DNA of 64,000 bases from Schizochytrium sp. TIO01 (GCA_004764695.1 SMSO01000007.1:2425270-2489269), one strand, 5' to 3'; shown: positions 46,001-59,720, counted from the first letter of the stretch. The notes: generated from the sequence alone by a model not told the origin. Made by a program: numbers and translations.

Positions 46001-47082
46001 TTTTTATTTTATTTTATTTTAAAATAATAAAATAAAATAAAATAAACAATAGCATCATAAGTATTTCGGAAAAAATAGTTTAATGTATAGTTATATGAAG
46101 AGGTGTTTTTCAGATAAAACTATTTTCAAGCTTGCGTCGGAAAAATAGAGCAAAGCAAATGTTCTCAAAAACACCAATCCACTTACACAAAATAAAAGAT
46201 AAAAGAACGAAAAGCACCGGATGATTATAGATTAGTTTTGTAAGTAAACAAAACCTGAAGGCTAAAAACACTAAAAGGCAAACAAAAACAACAAACAAAC
46301 TCGAATTTTCACCGGAGAATGAAATCTCAAAAGAGTCCAAGTTCAAGATCCCTGAGCGAGAATCCATTGATTCCTCTCCTTCTCGTCTCCACATCTCATC
46401 GCCTTGACACCCTGCTCTTCACTCGCTCGCACCTCCCTGTCACGCATACACAGCTATCCTTGAAATCAAATCAATCAAGCCTCCAGGCAATCGAAGTGTG
46501 TCGTTCTTCGTGGCACCTCCAAAACAGCAGCGCCTCCCAAACTTAATAACGAATTTGTTTTTAATCCCTCTCTTCCTCGCCTATTTCTCAAGAAAAGCTG
46601 ACAGAAAGAACAGAAAGACAAGGGGACAGGGCGGCGAGGTCTCCGCAGAGATGCCGAGTTATTTATTATTTTTATACATTTACTTATTTACTTCAAGTTG
46701 TTTATTTATTCACTTAAGGAGGGTAAAAAGAATCAACAGACAACTGTAGTTTGAACTTCGTTCCTGCCGGTTAGTGTTCCTGCTAGCGCACCGCTATGAG
46801 TCTCGCTGCGCTGACTCGCTCGGTGCCTGGCGAAAGAGGCGTTCTTTTGGCCTCAATCGGGGAAGGCTTTGCGATACTGAAGGTGACAGAGGTGCGTGAG
46901 AATAGTAGGCCGGCGGACAGCCTTGCCTGAGAGAGGCGCTGTCTGTGCCCGGCTTTATCAAGGCTCCTTACTCTCCACCGCTCCATCCATCGAATTTCGT
47001 CTGTCGCGTTGAACTTTGATTCTTGAGACTTTCCAACTCCAACCATGAAATCTATTCAAAACAAAGTGCTTCAAAAACAAAT

Positions 47083-47121
47083 AAACAAACAAACAAACAA
47101 ACAAACAAACAAACAAACAAA
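47083..47121. repeat. (AAAC)n microsatellite
   Basis: Read directly from the sequence. Confidence 0.9.
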
Positions 47122-48191
47122 TCAATAAATCACGCCTAGGACCTGCTAGCAGTTTGCTTGTGGTAACAGTGCTGCTGCTACTGCTACTAGTAATAGGGGC
47201 CAGAGGCTTCCTCCTAGAAATTTAAAATTTTACTTCCATCGACGAATCGCCCACAGGTGAGCTTAGGTCCTAGCGTTTCAGATGGGGGGAGGCTAGGAGG
47301 GTGGTTCTGTTCAGAACGGGTCGAGACTCCCGGCTGAATCACACAGATGCCTCGTCGATGCAACGTCTGAAGCGACCCCTGAACGACTCCCAAAAGCTGA
47401 ATCTGGGCGTTCGTAACGCCTTGGAGCTGAATCCGAGTGCCTGGTCCTGCTCTCTTTTACTCCTCTTTGTTTGATTGATTGCTTCACCTGCTGAAGCCGC
47501 TGGTTCTTGAGGTTATTTCGCTCCTCGCTGCCTGGGCCTCGAGGATCTCCCGGGCCGTCGACCTCGCGGGGAGCGGGTGTCTAAATGCATTCATTCTCAA
47601 TTTGCTTGCTTCTGCGAGAAAGAACCTCGAAAGACGGAGTTCGCGGGGTGCGCACCTCGGTGTACATTTGGCTCCCTCGTAAGGTACAGCTAGCTAGCTA
47701 GCTGTCTATAGGTAGCCTAGCCAGCCTCCTCAGCTTAGTGTTACTGCAATGGATAGCTGTAGCGCTACTGGCTGATTCCTGGTGAGCCAGCAACAGGACT
47801 CACTCAGCATACTTTGGCATGCGCTCCAGGTTCGATCAAGGCGAACCTCGTCAGCGTTACTGAGTGTGCCATTCGGGCCGCTGGCTGGCTGGCTGGCTAG
47901 CCGCCCTGGGGAGGGTCGAATTCCGCAGAGGCTCAGATTTCATGGCACTGATATTCATTCTCCAGCAGGCGAAATTGCACAGCGGAGCAGGGGTTGTGCA
48001 GCAAAGTCACATCTGCCCAGGTGAACACCTCTCTCCTTCCGTTCATTTCTTTAATAAGTGCTCGCTCGCAGTGACGCTCTTTTCCAACTAATCCAAAAAA
48101 ATAAAATAGCGGCACATGCCGCAAAACTTTCTCTCTTTAGTGCTGTTGAGATGTTACTAATGCTGCTACATTGGCATATATATTTATCTAC

Positions 48192-48232
<41 letters not shown>

Positions 48233-48244
48233 CATACATACATA
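48192..48244. repeat. (AGAT)n(ACAT)n compound microsatellite
   Basis: Read directly from the sequence. Confidence 0.9.
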
Positions 48245-51200
48245 ATACGTATGCGGCGGCTGTGGTAACCCTTGTGCACGGCGAGTCAAAGGGGTAGTCC
48301 TACTGTTTTGAATATCAGTACATAGCAGGGTATTTTCTTTTAGTGAGGAATTAGTATGTGTTGTAATTTGTTGCGGTGAGCAGGCTCTGACAAATTCAGA
48401 CTTTGGTTTGGTGAGAAATTGCAGTTACATCCCAGAGGCATGAGGGGGACTAAGGGCTCCCCAAGGATCTTCGCGATAGTGTGAAAGACAAAACTGCATT
48501 TCGCTGCATGTTTAGAGCTTATTGGATTACGCGTAAGACTTTCGCAACAAAGCTTCCTCAGGTGCTGGGAAACCTGCGACGATAGCAGTGATAGTGCAGA
48601 GATGCGGGTCACCTTACTGAGATAAGAAAAAGTGCTGCTGTGGGACTAAGTGGATCTCAAAGAGGGTGAGAACTCTGAGAGAACATTTTCAGCATCTCTT
48701 TCCCAAACGGGCGAGGAATCTCTTTAAAAGAAAATCTTTGTCATAACGGCGCGGCGAAAGATCTCTAGCTTGACCAGATTTGCAGGTGCATTACCTAACG
48801 AAAGAATGACTACGTGTACTTTCTTATGTTAAAGATCATATTCAACATCTGATCGATGCGGAATGATTGAGAGGCTAGAAACCAGCATTGGTGAGAAAAA
48901 AGAAATATAATTTTGCTCCATTTACGGCTTGCGCCAACATCATGGTTTCCTGGGCGAATAAGAGCTTCTCAGTCTTCATTCACAAATCCTGCACGTGCTA
49001 AACAAGATGGCGACGCTATGTGATGAACCACAAAGGTCATTTTCGTAAAAGAAAAAGAAGTGGTTAAAAAAGAAGGTTGAGGTGGCCAATGCTCTAAATT
49101 TGGGGTTTAAAGGCATGCAGAAAATCATGCATTACCGTTATAATCATTTGTTGGGCTTTGCGGTATAATTGCAAGGCTTATAACTATTTTGCAAGATCTA
49201 AATTTCATTCATTTGCAAGTGGCTACTCACACACACTTTGGTGAAGGGACAGTTGCTTGAGAGCAAGCAAGGAGCCAGCGGGTGGTCTTGCTGTATACTC
49301 TAGCTCCTGCGTTCGGAGGAGGAGGTCGTCTAATTGCGCTGTCTTCAGGAGGTCATAGTTCTCAGCATTTGTTCGGGATGATGATATAGGGTGAGTGGTA
49401 AATGATCGTTGGAGATTATATTTTGAGCTTTGCAACTTGGTCTGGCTTTGTAGTATTACTGCTGAGCTTTTGCCCACGTGCCTCACTTGACCCCTCAAAA
49501 TGAAAACGGGCTCAATATCATTTGCTTCTTTTCAAAAACCTTGGACCTCGCCCCGTGGTGTTATTTTTGTGCATATTGCAATCCCCGCTGGGTTTCCGTG
49601 ATTGCGTGTAATCCTCAAAGGTTCAACCTTATAAGCCCATGATGTTATGGGAGTAGACATTTTTTTCTCCGGAACTATTCTGTATCAAAATTTTCACTTG
49701 AAATGTCAACAGCAATAAAATTAATTCTATAGTGGGTGTGGCCGTTTTTTCTCTTGTTGTATCAGATAGCAGAATCGTCACACAATTTTTGCATTTCGTA
49801 CTTTGCTCGGAGGCGCGGTGAAAGCTTCTCAAAGAAAAGTTAAGTATTTCCTATTATTGCTATTATAGGGCTTAAAAAAATATCTTTGCAGATAACATTA
49901 ATTTAAAAAAAGGTCCAGGGAGGGCTTCCTAACACTTCCCTTCTTCCTGTTCATCTTCATCTTTCGCAACAATTTTTTTTGTTAATAATTATTTTTTAAT
50001 AAAAAAGAAAAGAAAAGCTTTTCAAACTTCATTGTAAATATTAATAATAGCCTTTATTATAAAATAGAAATAAAAAAGAACCTAAGCATTATTTTTAGTT
50101 TTTGATTTTTAAAACAAGGAGAAAGAAAAGCGAAACATTAATTACAAAAGCGAAATAAAAAATAAAGTATGATGTTCTCATATCCTGGAAGTCCTTGTGA
50201 TAGATATTCGCCGTTTTTCTCCGATTTATAGTGCACTTTCCTCCTCCTTCAGGCTACGAGACTGACTCACGGAAGCTCAAGTTTCTCAAGTTTCTCAAGT
50301 GCCCCAAGTTTCAAACAGAGGCCAAAGCGGCTCGAAAAGAGAAAGAAAGCAAGCAAAAAATCCATTTTATTCGCATTTCCACTCCCTCTGTTCAAAAACC
50401 TTTTAGTCTGTTGATACTTTTTTAAAATTGAAAATCAAATTATAAATTAAGAGTACCTCCTTCCGCTATATGCGGACTTAGAAGCTGAGTAGACATAGAA
50501 CAGAACGCAGCCGCCATCAAAGAACAGCGGCAAGCACCAAAACTCGACTTGAACGAGGCTGGCCGTCTTCAAGATCCTCTGCCTCGCCCCAACCGCGACG
50601 CGGTGCGTCGCAGCATGGGGGCCTGGGCGCCGCAGCCACCGCCGCTCCGCTAGCCTTTCCGAGGTCCTCGCGAGCGGCTGCTATCTTGGTTGGCTTGGTT
50701 TCGACGTGGCTTCGATTTCGGTCACAGCGCAGGTTTGCCTGGGTAGTCCTACTATAGAGTAGGTGACTCCTAATACCGCGGCGGCGTTGCGCTCGATCTT
50801 TGCTCCTGCGATTCGTCGCAAGTCGCGATTCCTCTCACGCCGGTGCTACGAGCGCCCTGGCCGCCGCCGCCGCCCACCCCGGCGGGCAGCACCGGCGCCG
50901 AAGAGGCTGCTTCGACGGAGCTCAGCGGCCTCCATCACGCCTGGAGGCCGAAATCGAGCGGAGCCGAGCCGTGCATGCTCTGCTCTCCTTCTTTCTCACG
51001 GCCCGCCATAATAAACTACAGCCAACCGAATAAAATACGCCGCGTATTTTAATCCTCCCTTGTTTCTAGAGACTCCTACCACGGGCGCTATCAGAGGCGG
51101 AGGGTAGGTGGCGCCTAGCAGTTCCTACGGGGGCGTCCTCGTTTTTGCCAAAGATCGACTTCGGCCTGAGCCGCGGTTCTCGTCTGGCCATCTGGCGCTG

Positions 51201-54200
51201 CCGCCGATGCTACTGCTGCTGCTGGAAAGCCGCCGGCGGGTCGGCTGCGGCGTGCCTGAGGGGGGATCGTGGCCAGCCCGTTCCGCCGTGGTGCTCTTCC
51301 CTCGTGGAGAAGGGCCTGCGAGCCCAGCTTTATAGCTACTAGCTGGTTGGCCATAGGTAGGGGCCCAGCTATCCAATACACTAGCCCTCCTCGCAGTCCT
51401 TCTTGCGCTTTACTTTTTTACAGTCTTCATTATAACGATAGAAAAAGAAACACAATGATTGTAATAGAATGGTGTCTGTAAATTGTAAATGCGGTGCTAT
51501 TGTGGTCTAAGGACAGATTAGACCTACCTGTAGGGTGGCGCGTCTCTTTGGGGCAGCCGATGTTATTAGTTCCTACGTAGAAGAGCGAAAAAATCAAGAT
51601 TGAAGATAGAAGAAACTATTTTTGCATTGTAGATAGACATGAAGATCAGATCAGGGCAGAGGCCTCGCGGGTGAGGTCGGGTTTGTCAGGGGATCATCTT
51701 CAGAATTCATCGACGGTGGTAGTAGCAGTTTGACGCTTAAAATGCGTACAACCGGGCATTTGCTTCTGCACCGCAACGTTTGAGTAAAAAAGAAAAGAGG
51801 TTATCTGAGGCCAATTCCAGCGAGCCAAATTACTACCTTGCACGGACTCCAGCTCGACCTGCAAAAGAGCCCAATTCAGGTATTATGCATGGTCTCGACG
51901 TGTGTAATTGATGAAGCCACACATCGCGACGCACAAAAGCTCAAGCGAGGGTTCTGGATTATATTTGGTGGCCCGCTCACGGCACGGCTCACGGCAAAGC
52001 AGTGCAAATATGAACTTCTTGTCCGTCTAACAACAGCCAATGATCTAGGAGTACTAAAAGTATCTGCTAGTTGGACACCTACTTCCCATGCCCACTCCCA
52101 CAGATAGCGCAAACACATGGCACTTAGGCAGAGCTACTAAAGCTGATTGAGTTCTTCAGATGTAAATACTGCGACGAAGAATGAGTTACTTATTAATTAA
52201 AATTGTCGCTTAAAAAAAAAGTCACATGGTAAAGTAGTCGTTTGGAATGTGATTCAATCGGAAGGCGAACTAGGACGGCAGGCATGAAAATCGGTGATGG
52301 GTTGTTCAGACAGAGGGCGAATTTCGAGGAATTGTTGCTTACGCGTTTTATTTGCTGAGCATGGGTAACAACAATAATGCTTGAAACTGGTGCTAGTGTT
52401 TCTGTTCCATCACATTACCTAGAAGAAATAAACATCATAACATGAGAATTGGCGGCTCAGCACGCACAGGCGTGGCGAACTCTATCGCGGTCACAACAAC
52501 ACGCAAGAAAGGTCAGAGATATGAAAGTTATATTCATACCTGTTGCATCGGGCAATCGTTAGAACACATCTTCCAGCAGATGTGAAAACAGATCATAATT
52601 TTACTATGGTTGATTTTTGCCTCGCCGCATTTGTGGCGAAGCTTGAGAACCAGTTTATTTGTTCTGCAAAGGATGGAAAACCTCTATTTCGTTGAAATGG
52701 ATTTTTGTCAAAGCTGAAGAGAGGTGTGAGTGGTCTTGATTCTCATGGACGCTGAGCTCTAAGCAAGTAGAGTTAGTTTGGAGTTTTCTATTATTCCAGG
52801 TATTAGGATTCATGAAGACAGACTGAAGAAACAGGGAGAAGGATTTATTTCAGAGTAAACAATAATTACCAAATTTTTCAGAGCCTAAGATCGCGATCTA
52901 TTGTAATTATCCTGATGAATTTGCAAGCTGCAACCTCAAATTTCAAGACGACCTGCAAAGTATTAAGAACACCTCCAGTTATTACTGCCAGGCTAATACT
53001 CGCAATCTAAGGTTGTAGACGCTGTGTTCTGGAGGAGATGATTCTATTAAATTGTAGAAAGAAAAGGTATAGAGAATCTCGGCATTGTACTCACACTTTG
53101 CTATCTAGTAACACCACCATTTCGCCTCATATCGGCAAGCAGTGCCAGGTATCGAAGATCTTTGGCCCAAAAGATGCTAGGAAATTAGTCCCTTTTGCAA
53201 GAAGTAAGAGCAACGATGCGTTAAATTCTGTCCAAATTGTCGCGGAGGGTCTCTTCAACAATCATATAGCAGTACCTCTTTCGTCGCGTAGTGATCAATC
53301 AAACAATACATAAGCTCTTGCTGAGCTTGAAGTGGACCCCGCTGCCGCTGGCTGGTGTTGAACTTGAACTTATTATTCCATAGTTTGAGGCCTTGAACTG
53401 TACTTGTGCTTCCAGCGGTAGTGTAAGTTTTAGTGGGAAGTCGCAAGTTGCTCTTAGTGATCACAAAGTAAAAGAAGAAACTCACAAACTAACTAAAGTA
53501 AAGATAAAACAAAGTTTATTCAAGTTTAAAGTGCGATGATGAGGACCAGAAAACATCGCCATTCGCCAATCACGATGTCTACAAGAGTGAGCATTTCGCT
53601 GCGATTTGCACAAAGCAATCTTCTTCTTTTTTTTTTCTTTTTGTTTGGAGGGGGGATCTTCTATAAACCTACAATCAGTGAACGCCGTCGCCATGTTGTG
53701 GAGTAGATCGCATTGGTATTTTCGGGTGGGCAGCCACAAGATTGCAACAGCAGCCGTCGTGACTTGCAAAGAAGCGCCTTCTCATTACAGGAGCAAGTAG
53801 GTAGTCGCACGCCTGAATCTTGTAAGCACACCATCTTCCAGCCACAACCGCACATTCCATCTAGGTCTTAGCACCCTTGTAACGAGCTATCAGCTTGTAG
53901 CATTATTAGGTATCATGCTTTGGAGTTATAGTAGTAGGTACTTAAGTAGCCACTTGAACCATAGTCATGAGCCATCCTCTTGACTCAAATTCAATGGTGG
54001 TGTGTCGCCGTCTGAGCCAAGGACAGGGCTGAAGTAACCCGTTTGGGGTATGCCGCAACTAGCCATTGCCATCTTCTTCATTGTTTCTTCAAAGAATCAA
54101 GAACAAAGCACTCATTTTCAAGAGTACTCTGAAGAGCTTACTCATGTAAATCAGTAGGTATTACTCTATTACCCAGTAGTAATTCATTTACAAAAAACCG

Positions 54201-56284
54201 ACTAAAACTGAGGCCATTTTCAACGAGAAGGGGGGTGGTGCACACCTGTTTTTGGCTAAATTTTACTTAATCCTGGTGTAATTCAAGTTGGTGTCGAACT
54301 TGAGCAACGTCGTGCCTCGCTGAGCAAACTCATTGAATCAATCAATCAACCAATCAAAATCAATCAACGATCGATCTTCAGTGAAATGAAGCGCGGGTTT
54401 CCTTCCACTCGCTCAAACAGAGCACCTGGCTGTTCCTTTCCCTGGCACTCGAGGTGTTTGATATTGGTCCAATAGGGGGAAAGAATAGGTTTTTGATATT
54501 TTCTCATGCATGTATGTAGTGTATGAAGTGTATGTATGTATGTATGTCTGCGTGCAAAATGTCGAAGATGTTGTGTAATGACTTCCTTCCTCACAAAGTG
54601 CCCAGGATCTTTGTGGACGTGGATGGTTTGGCAGCGTGGGATCGGTAGATTTGTGGAGATGGTGTAGTCTGTCTGGCTGGCTGGCCAGCACAAGTTATTT
54701 ATTTTCCAGTCAGGCAGCCAGGAAAGTAGGTAAGTAAGGTAGTAGGCGCCTTTTGTATTATGCAACCTTGGATGTGGAAGAGACAAACGCTATACTCTTT
54801 GTAATTTGTATAGTTCCTTTTTCATTCAAGTTGATTGATTGATTGATTGATCGATTGATAAGTCAAACTCCGTTAGTGCCCTGTACTCAATTTGGCCTCT
54901 TTTTATCGTATCTAGCAGTAGTCTAGTTAGAAAGTAGGGGAACGCGGTGGTTTTCTCTAGCCACGAGAGCTTTCAGTGACAGATTTGCGGAGCGCTTCGG
55001 AAGAGAGCACATCATTGTCGGTTTTTATTCTCCTGATATCGATGACGATTGGCACTAAATTGTTGACACTAAACATGTGCTACACTAAATGCTGGCAGTG
55101 CGTGGCACTTCTTTCATCCTATTTCACGAAAGCAATGTAAAAAAGACAAAACATAGCAGCTATCTACGTGCAAGAAAGGGGAAGAGTAAAAGAAGCCTGC
55201 TGGATCAGGCGCCGATGATGGAAAAGTGTCCACGAAGGTAAGTATGGCTGTTGTATTCTTTACAGCTTTGCCAAAGTAGTACATAGAAGAAATCATTTGT
55301 TGTTTTTTAATTAAAAAAAAAGAGTTTTAAACCCGATACTCCATTTCATTAATATTTTCTTTTTTTTAAAGATTAAAAAAGCATTTTAAAATAATACTTG
55401 GCATCGGAGAAACAATTTCAATTACAACTTCTTTCAATCTAAAAGCAAATGCAGATAAAATAATTGACTTGCTTCAAAAGAACAGTCACGGAGAAACAAA
55501 CAAACAAATACTTTAAGTCATAGTTTTCAAATAAAATAAGCTTGAAGAAAAAAGAGAAGAAGAAGTAGATTTTACAGATGATCTTTTAAAAAAACTAGTT
55601 AAATAAAACAAGAAGTAGAAAGAGAGAAGAAGTAGAGATCTCAACAGAACGAAAGAAAAAAAGGGTCTGAAACTTTCTTGTAAATTTGAAAATCGAGAGA
55701 ACGGGCGGAATTTCTCTAATCCAGACTTTGGTGTGCCTGGCAGAACGGCCACAAGTAGGTTCTGGAGAACGAGGGCGCCGTCGTCCACGGGCCCAAAGCT
55801 CGACGCCGTTCTGCGCAGGCAGCTAGCAACGGCCGTGGCTTGTTTGCGCACGGCCGTTGACCACAACCCGCGACTTTCTCTCGCTGTTCGCAGTTATTCT
55901 TGGACTTCTTCTTCTTCTCCTTCTTCTCCTCCATCGCAGCCGCCAGCTTCGAGTTGGTATTTACTTATTTACTTATTTGTTTGTTTATTTATTTGTTTAT
56001 TTGCATATTTGATCATATTCTACGATAAATCAATCGATCGATCCATCGACGAATCGATGAGTGAGTTTTTTTCTTTCTTTATTGTAGGAAAAAGAAAACA
56101 AGGACAAGAAGGACACGTTTTTCTGTGGAAAGAAAGATATTTTCCGCTCCTTGCTTAGTGCTTAGTGAGTGCTTGATATCCACCCTTCAGGCTCCTCAGA
56201 TGGTAGCGGAATATCGTCGAGAACGGCAACGCAGGCTCCAACGCAGGCGCCTGCGTGCTACGAAGTAACGCACGACGCATATGC

Positions 56285-56326
<42 letters not shown>
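56285..56326. repeat. (AAGC)n microsatellite
   Basis: Read directly from the sequence. Confidence 0.9.
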
Positions 56327-56328
<2 letters not shown>

Positions 56329-56391
56329 TAGCTCCAAAGATCTCCGGCGGCGATGACCTGAATGACTAACCCCATCCATCCATTCATCCAT

Positions 56392-56630
56392 CCAACTAAC
56401 TAGCTACTAACTATCATTGACTAACTAACTAACTAACTAACTAACTATCATTAACTAACTAACTAACTAATTAACTAGCTAACTACCTATCGTTAACTAA
56501 CTAATTAACTACTAACTAGCTAATTAACTAACTAATTCACTAGCTAACTAACTATCGTTAACTAACTATCATTAACTAACTAATTAACCAGCTAACTAAC
56601 TAGCTAACAGACTGACTAACTAACTAGTAG
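56392..56630. repeat. Compound degenerate (CTAA)n array with CTAG/TTAA/CTATCRTT variants
   Basis: About 240 bp of 4-bp-periodic sequence with recurring variant units. Confidence 0.9.
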
Positions 56631-57828
56631 CTCGCTACTACTCGCAGACCTACCCAATCAAGCAGAGCAGAGGAGGCGAAAGAACGGCGGCTTTGAGAAC
56701 ACCGAAAGAAAAGAACGGCGGCCGCGCTCGTCTCCCAAGCCGGCGGAAACAGGCGAAACTTTCGCCCTCCTCCTGCTCCCAGGGGCGCCTGGGCTCGCTC
56801 GCGGCCTCCCTCCCTGCAAGGCCGAGGTTCCACCCGTGCACTCTGCTGCCGCTCGCAGCTTCGAGCAGCCAGACTCGCAGCGAGCGCTCCCTTCGTCCCC
56901 CGCCCGCCATCGCCAAGCAGCCAGCCTGCTGCGAGCGGGGGACTCCGCCGCTGTTCTGCGGGGAACGGGCGCGCCTAGGAGCCCGCTACCGTGGCCTAGG
57001 GCGCGGCGCGCCGCTGCTGCGGAGGAGCTGATACGAGTTTAAGCAGGGCGGGAAATGGGTGGCTCGAGGGGCCTCTGCTCTGTGTATTTTATTTGTGAAG
57101 GGGGCGGGTGCTATTGGGGTGTTATGGATTAGCATAGGAGGGCGCCGTGTGATGGGTCACGGCGCAGAAGGGTCGTCGTCATGTCATGCACGTGCGGAAC
57201 AGCAGAGGTTTTCTTTCTTCGAGGCCTTTGTTTGGCGGTTTGGTCGATCGTTGCGGTGCCTGCGAAGGCTCGGCTGGTAAGTTGGTTGGTTGGTTGGTTA
57301 GTTAGTTAGTTAGTTTGCTTGCTTGTTGGTTTGTTTGAAACTCTGGCGTGGAGAGCCTTTGCACGAGACGATGGGAGCGAACGAGCGAGCCGGCTGCTCG
57401 CTGCTCGCTGCCTGTGCACTAACAGCAGAGGCTTCTTTCTTTCTGTGCGGGTTCTTGTCTTTCTCTTTCTCATGTGCGATAGTACAGTAAGTAACCGAAG
57501 CAGGAGAAGAAGAGGAGGAGGAGGAGGTGATTTGTAGGTGATTAGTTATAAACAGGTTGAAGATTGAGGTTACTTTTAGGATGAGGAGAGTGAAATCGAT
57601 AATCATCGATGCTTCAAAGGATCTTGTTCACTTGCTTATGCGATTGAGCGAGTGCGGAAGTAAAGCAAAGAGGACATGGGCTGAGAAAGGAAGTCATGGT
57701 CACTTCTTCTTCACAGGCTTTGTAGTGAAGTTATCTTCGTCTTACGCCTTCCCATCATGCACTTTGTAATACTAACCTATTCGATCAACAAATACCTCCA
57801 CCTATAAGACTGTGTTAGTAGTAAATAG

Positions 57829-57877
57829 TTAAGTTAGGTTTGGTTAGGTTTGGTTAGGTTAGGTTAGGTTCGTTAAG
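57829..57877. repeat. Short TTAGG/TTTGG pentamer array (telomere-like)
   Basis: TTAAG TTAGG TTTGG TTAGG TTTGG TTAGG TTAGG TTAGG TTCG TTAAG. Confidence 0.75.
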
Positions 57878-59676
57878 TTCCTTCTATGAAACCATAGAAT
57901 AGGAAAGGAAAGATAGGAGAAAATGAGAGCATGTGCCCATAGAGGGCCCACCAGGTATGTGTCCCGAGGCGCGATATTGCGCAAATGACTATTGTGCTAA
58001 ATGCGCGAGCGGGTGGAGCTCTGGTTTGGTGCTCTGTGAATGAGCTTGAACTTGCGACTTTGCTCGAAGAATGAAAGAGAGGAGCCCGAGGCTGGGGGCT
58101 GAGAAGGAGAGCGGTTGCGGGTCGCTTGGCCTTCATGATGACTTGGGACTTGCACCCATGTTAATTTGCAAGTTCCCTGGCACACTGGGCAAAAGGTGAA
58201 TAAATGAGCTGATTGAAGCCACCACCTACGTATGTTTATGTTTGGCGGCTTGTGCTTATTGGTGCTTGTGAAGGTTTGTTTGCAGGTGTCAGTCGTCTTG
58301 GAGCGAAGATAAGATAGATAGTCTGATCGACGAATTCATCTTCAATCAAGGACGAGGGCTTTTGCTTCACTTGAAGAAGTGGAAAGCTGTCTACTTCGTT
58401 TCGAGCCAACCCTGACTGTGTAATCTTAAGATAATAATAACAACTCAGAGCTCGAAAGCTCTGCCGCGTAAGTATTTTATCTCCCTCTAAAATTCTGCCT
58501 GCATGCATGCAAACTGTTCGTGGGCTCTGCTCGCATAGGCGCGTGGGTGGTGTGCGAATAAATAAGCTGTACTCAGGCTTGCCGAATGACTGAGTGAATG
58601 AATCAATGTTTCGAGCCCGAAATGTGCCCTGACAATGCGAATGCGCCGTCTCCGTGTTGCTTCTGGCCATGCCATGCTACATCGCGAACGTCAGCGCCAA
58701 GTGTGCTGGCGCACGCTTATTCACCATGGTCCAAATGCTGCAGGAAGCGCACAAGGTGCCTCGAGAAGAGAAGAGTTCTAATCAATCTCAACTAACTCTG
58801 ATGGCCCACTGTTGTTCTACCAGAAGGACTTTTACAGATTTTATTCGCGCTGTTGTTTACAAAAGAAAGAAAGAAAGAAAGGAATCAAAGGCCAAGTTCA
58901 ATCAATCAATCAATCAATCAAAGTCAGCTCCGTTCAAGAAGTAGGCGGCCTGCTTGGCGGCCACCTGAGCCATTCATCGTCGCCTAATTGCTCGTTCCGG
59001 AACGCCTCGAGGTTCGACGCTATCTTGACTCGAATTTCGCCGCCAGCGTTGCGAAAGCTCGGCAGAGACTGAGAAGGATCAGGGCTTGTGCTCGCGTGCT
59101 TGAGAAATCTAATGGCATTCGATCGATCGATCGATTTGAGTGAGTGAGTCAACTTGAAGAGGCTGAAGACGAACAAAGGGGAGGAGAGCCAAAGATGGCG
59201 GCCCTTTGGAAGCTTCTAGCAGCTGGCTAGGGAGGTACTATGCACGGTGTTCTCAAAAACAATCTACAAATAAATATAATTATTTTAATACTTTACAAAA
59301 AAGAAAAAAGAGAAGAGTTAATTATTAAGAAAAAAGAAAAGAAAAAAGAGAACAATAAAAGAGAACTTCTCTCCTCTCTGCCTGATCTCCTGCCTGCCTT
59401 ATGAGAGAAAAAAGGTTGCCTCCGGCTGGTGGCTGAGGGGAAGGGGGTCCTTAATAGAGGGGAGGCCTAACGTCGCGAGCAACAGCAACGCCTTTCGCGC
59501 ATTATTCTCATGAAATAAACAACCTAATTGATGTCTGCTTCGAGCCAGCGATTCGAGGCGGCACCTTTTTATCGTGCATAGTATCTAAAAATAAAACCAT
59601 TTTCTTCTTTGATTAAAATAAAATAAATAAATATCAATTAAACAAAAATGTTAAACAAAAAGAAAAGATAAAAATA

Positions 59677-59688
<12 letters not shown>

Positions 59689-59715
<27 letters not shown>
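59689..59715. repeat. (AT)n microsatellite
   Basis: Read directly from the sequence. Confidence 0.85.

Positions 59716-59720
<5 letters not shown>

Noticed and set aside
45160-59030. GTTCGA T-loop-like motifs (about 45172, 47830, 59012) as tRNA genes
   Set aside because: No cloverleaf stems or A-box around them.
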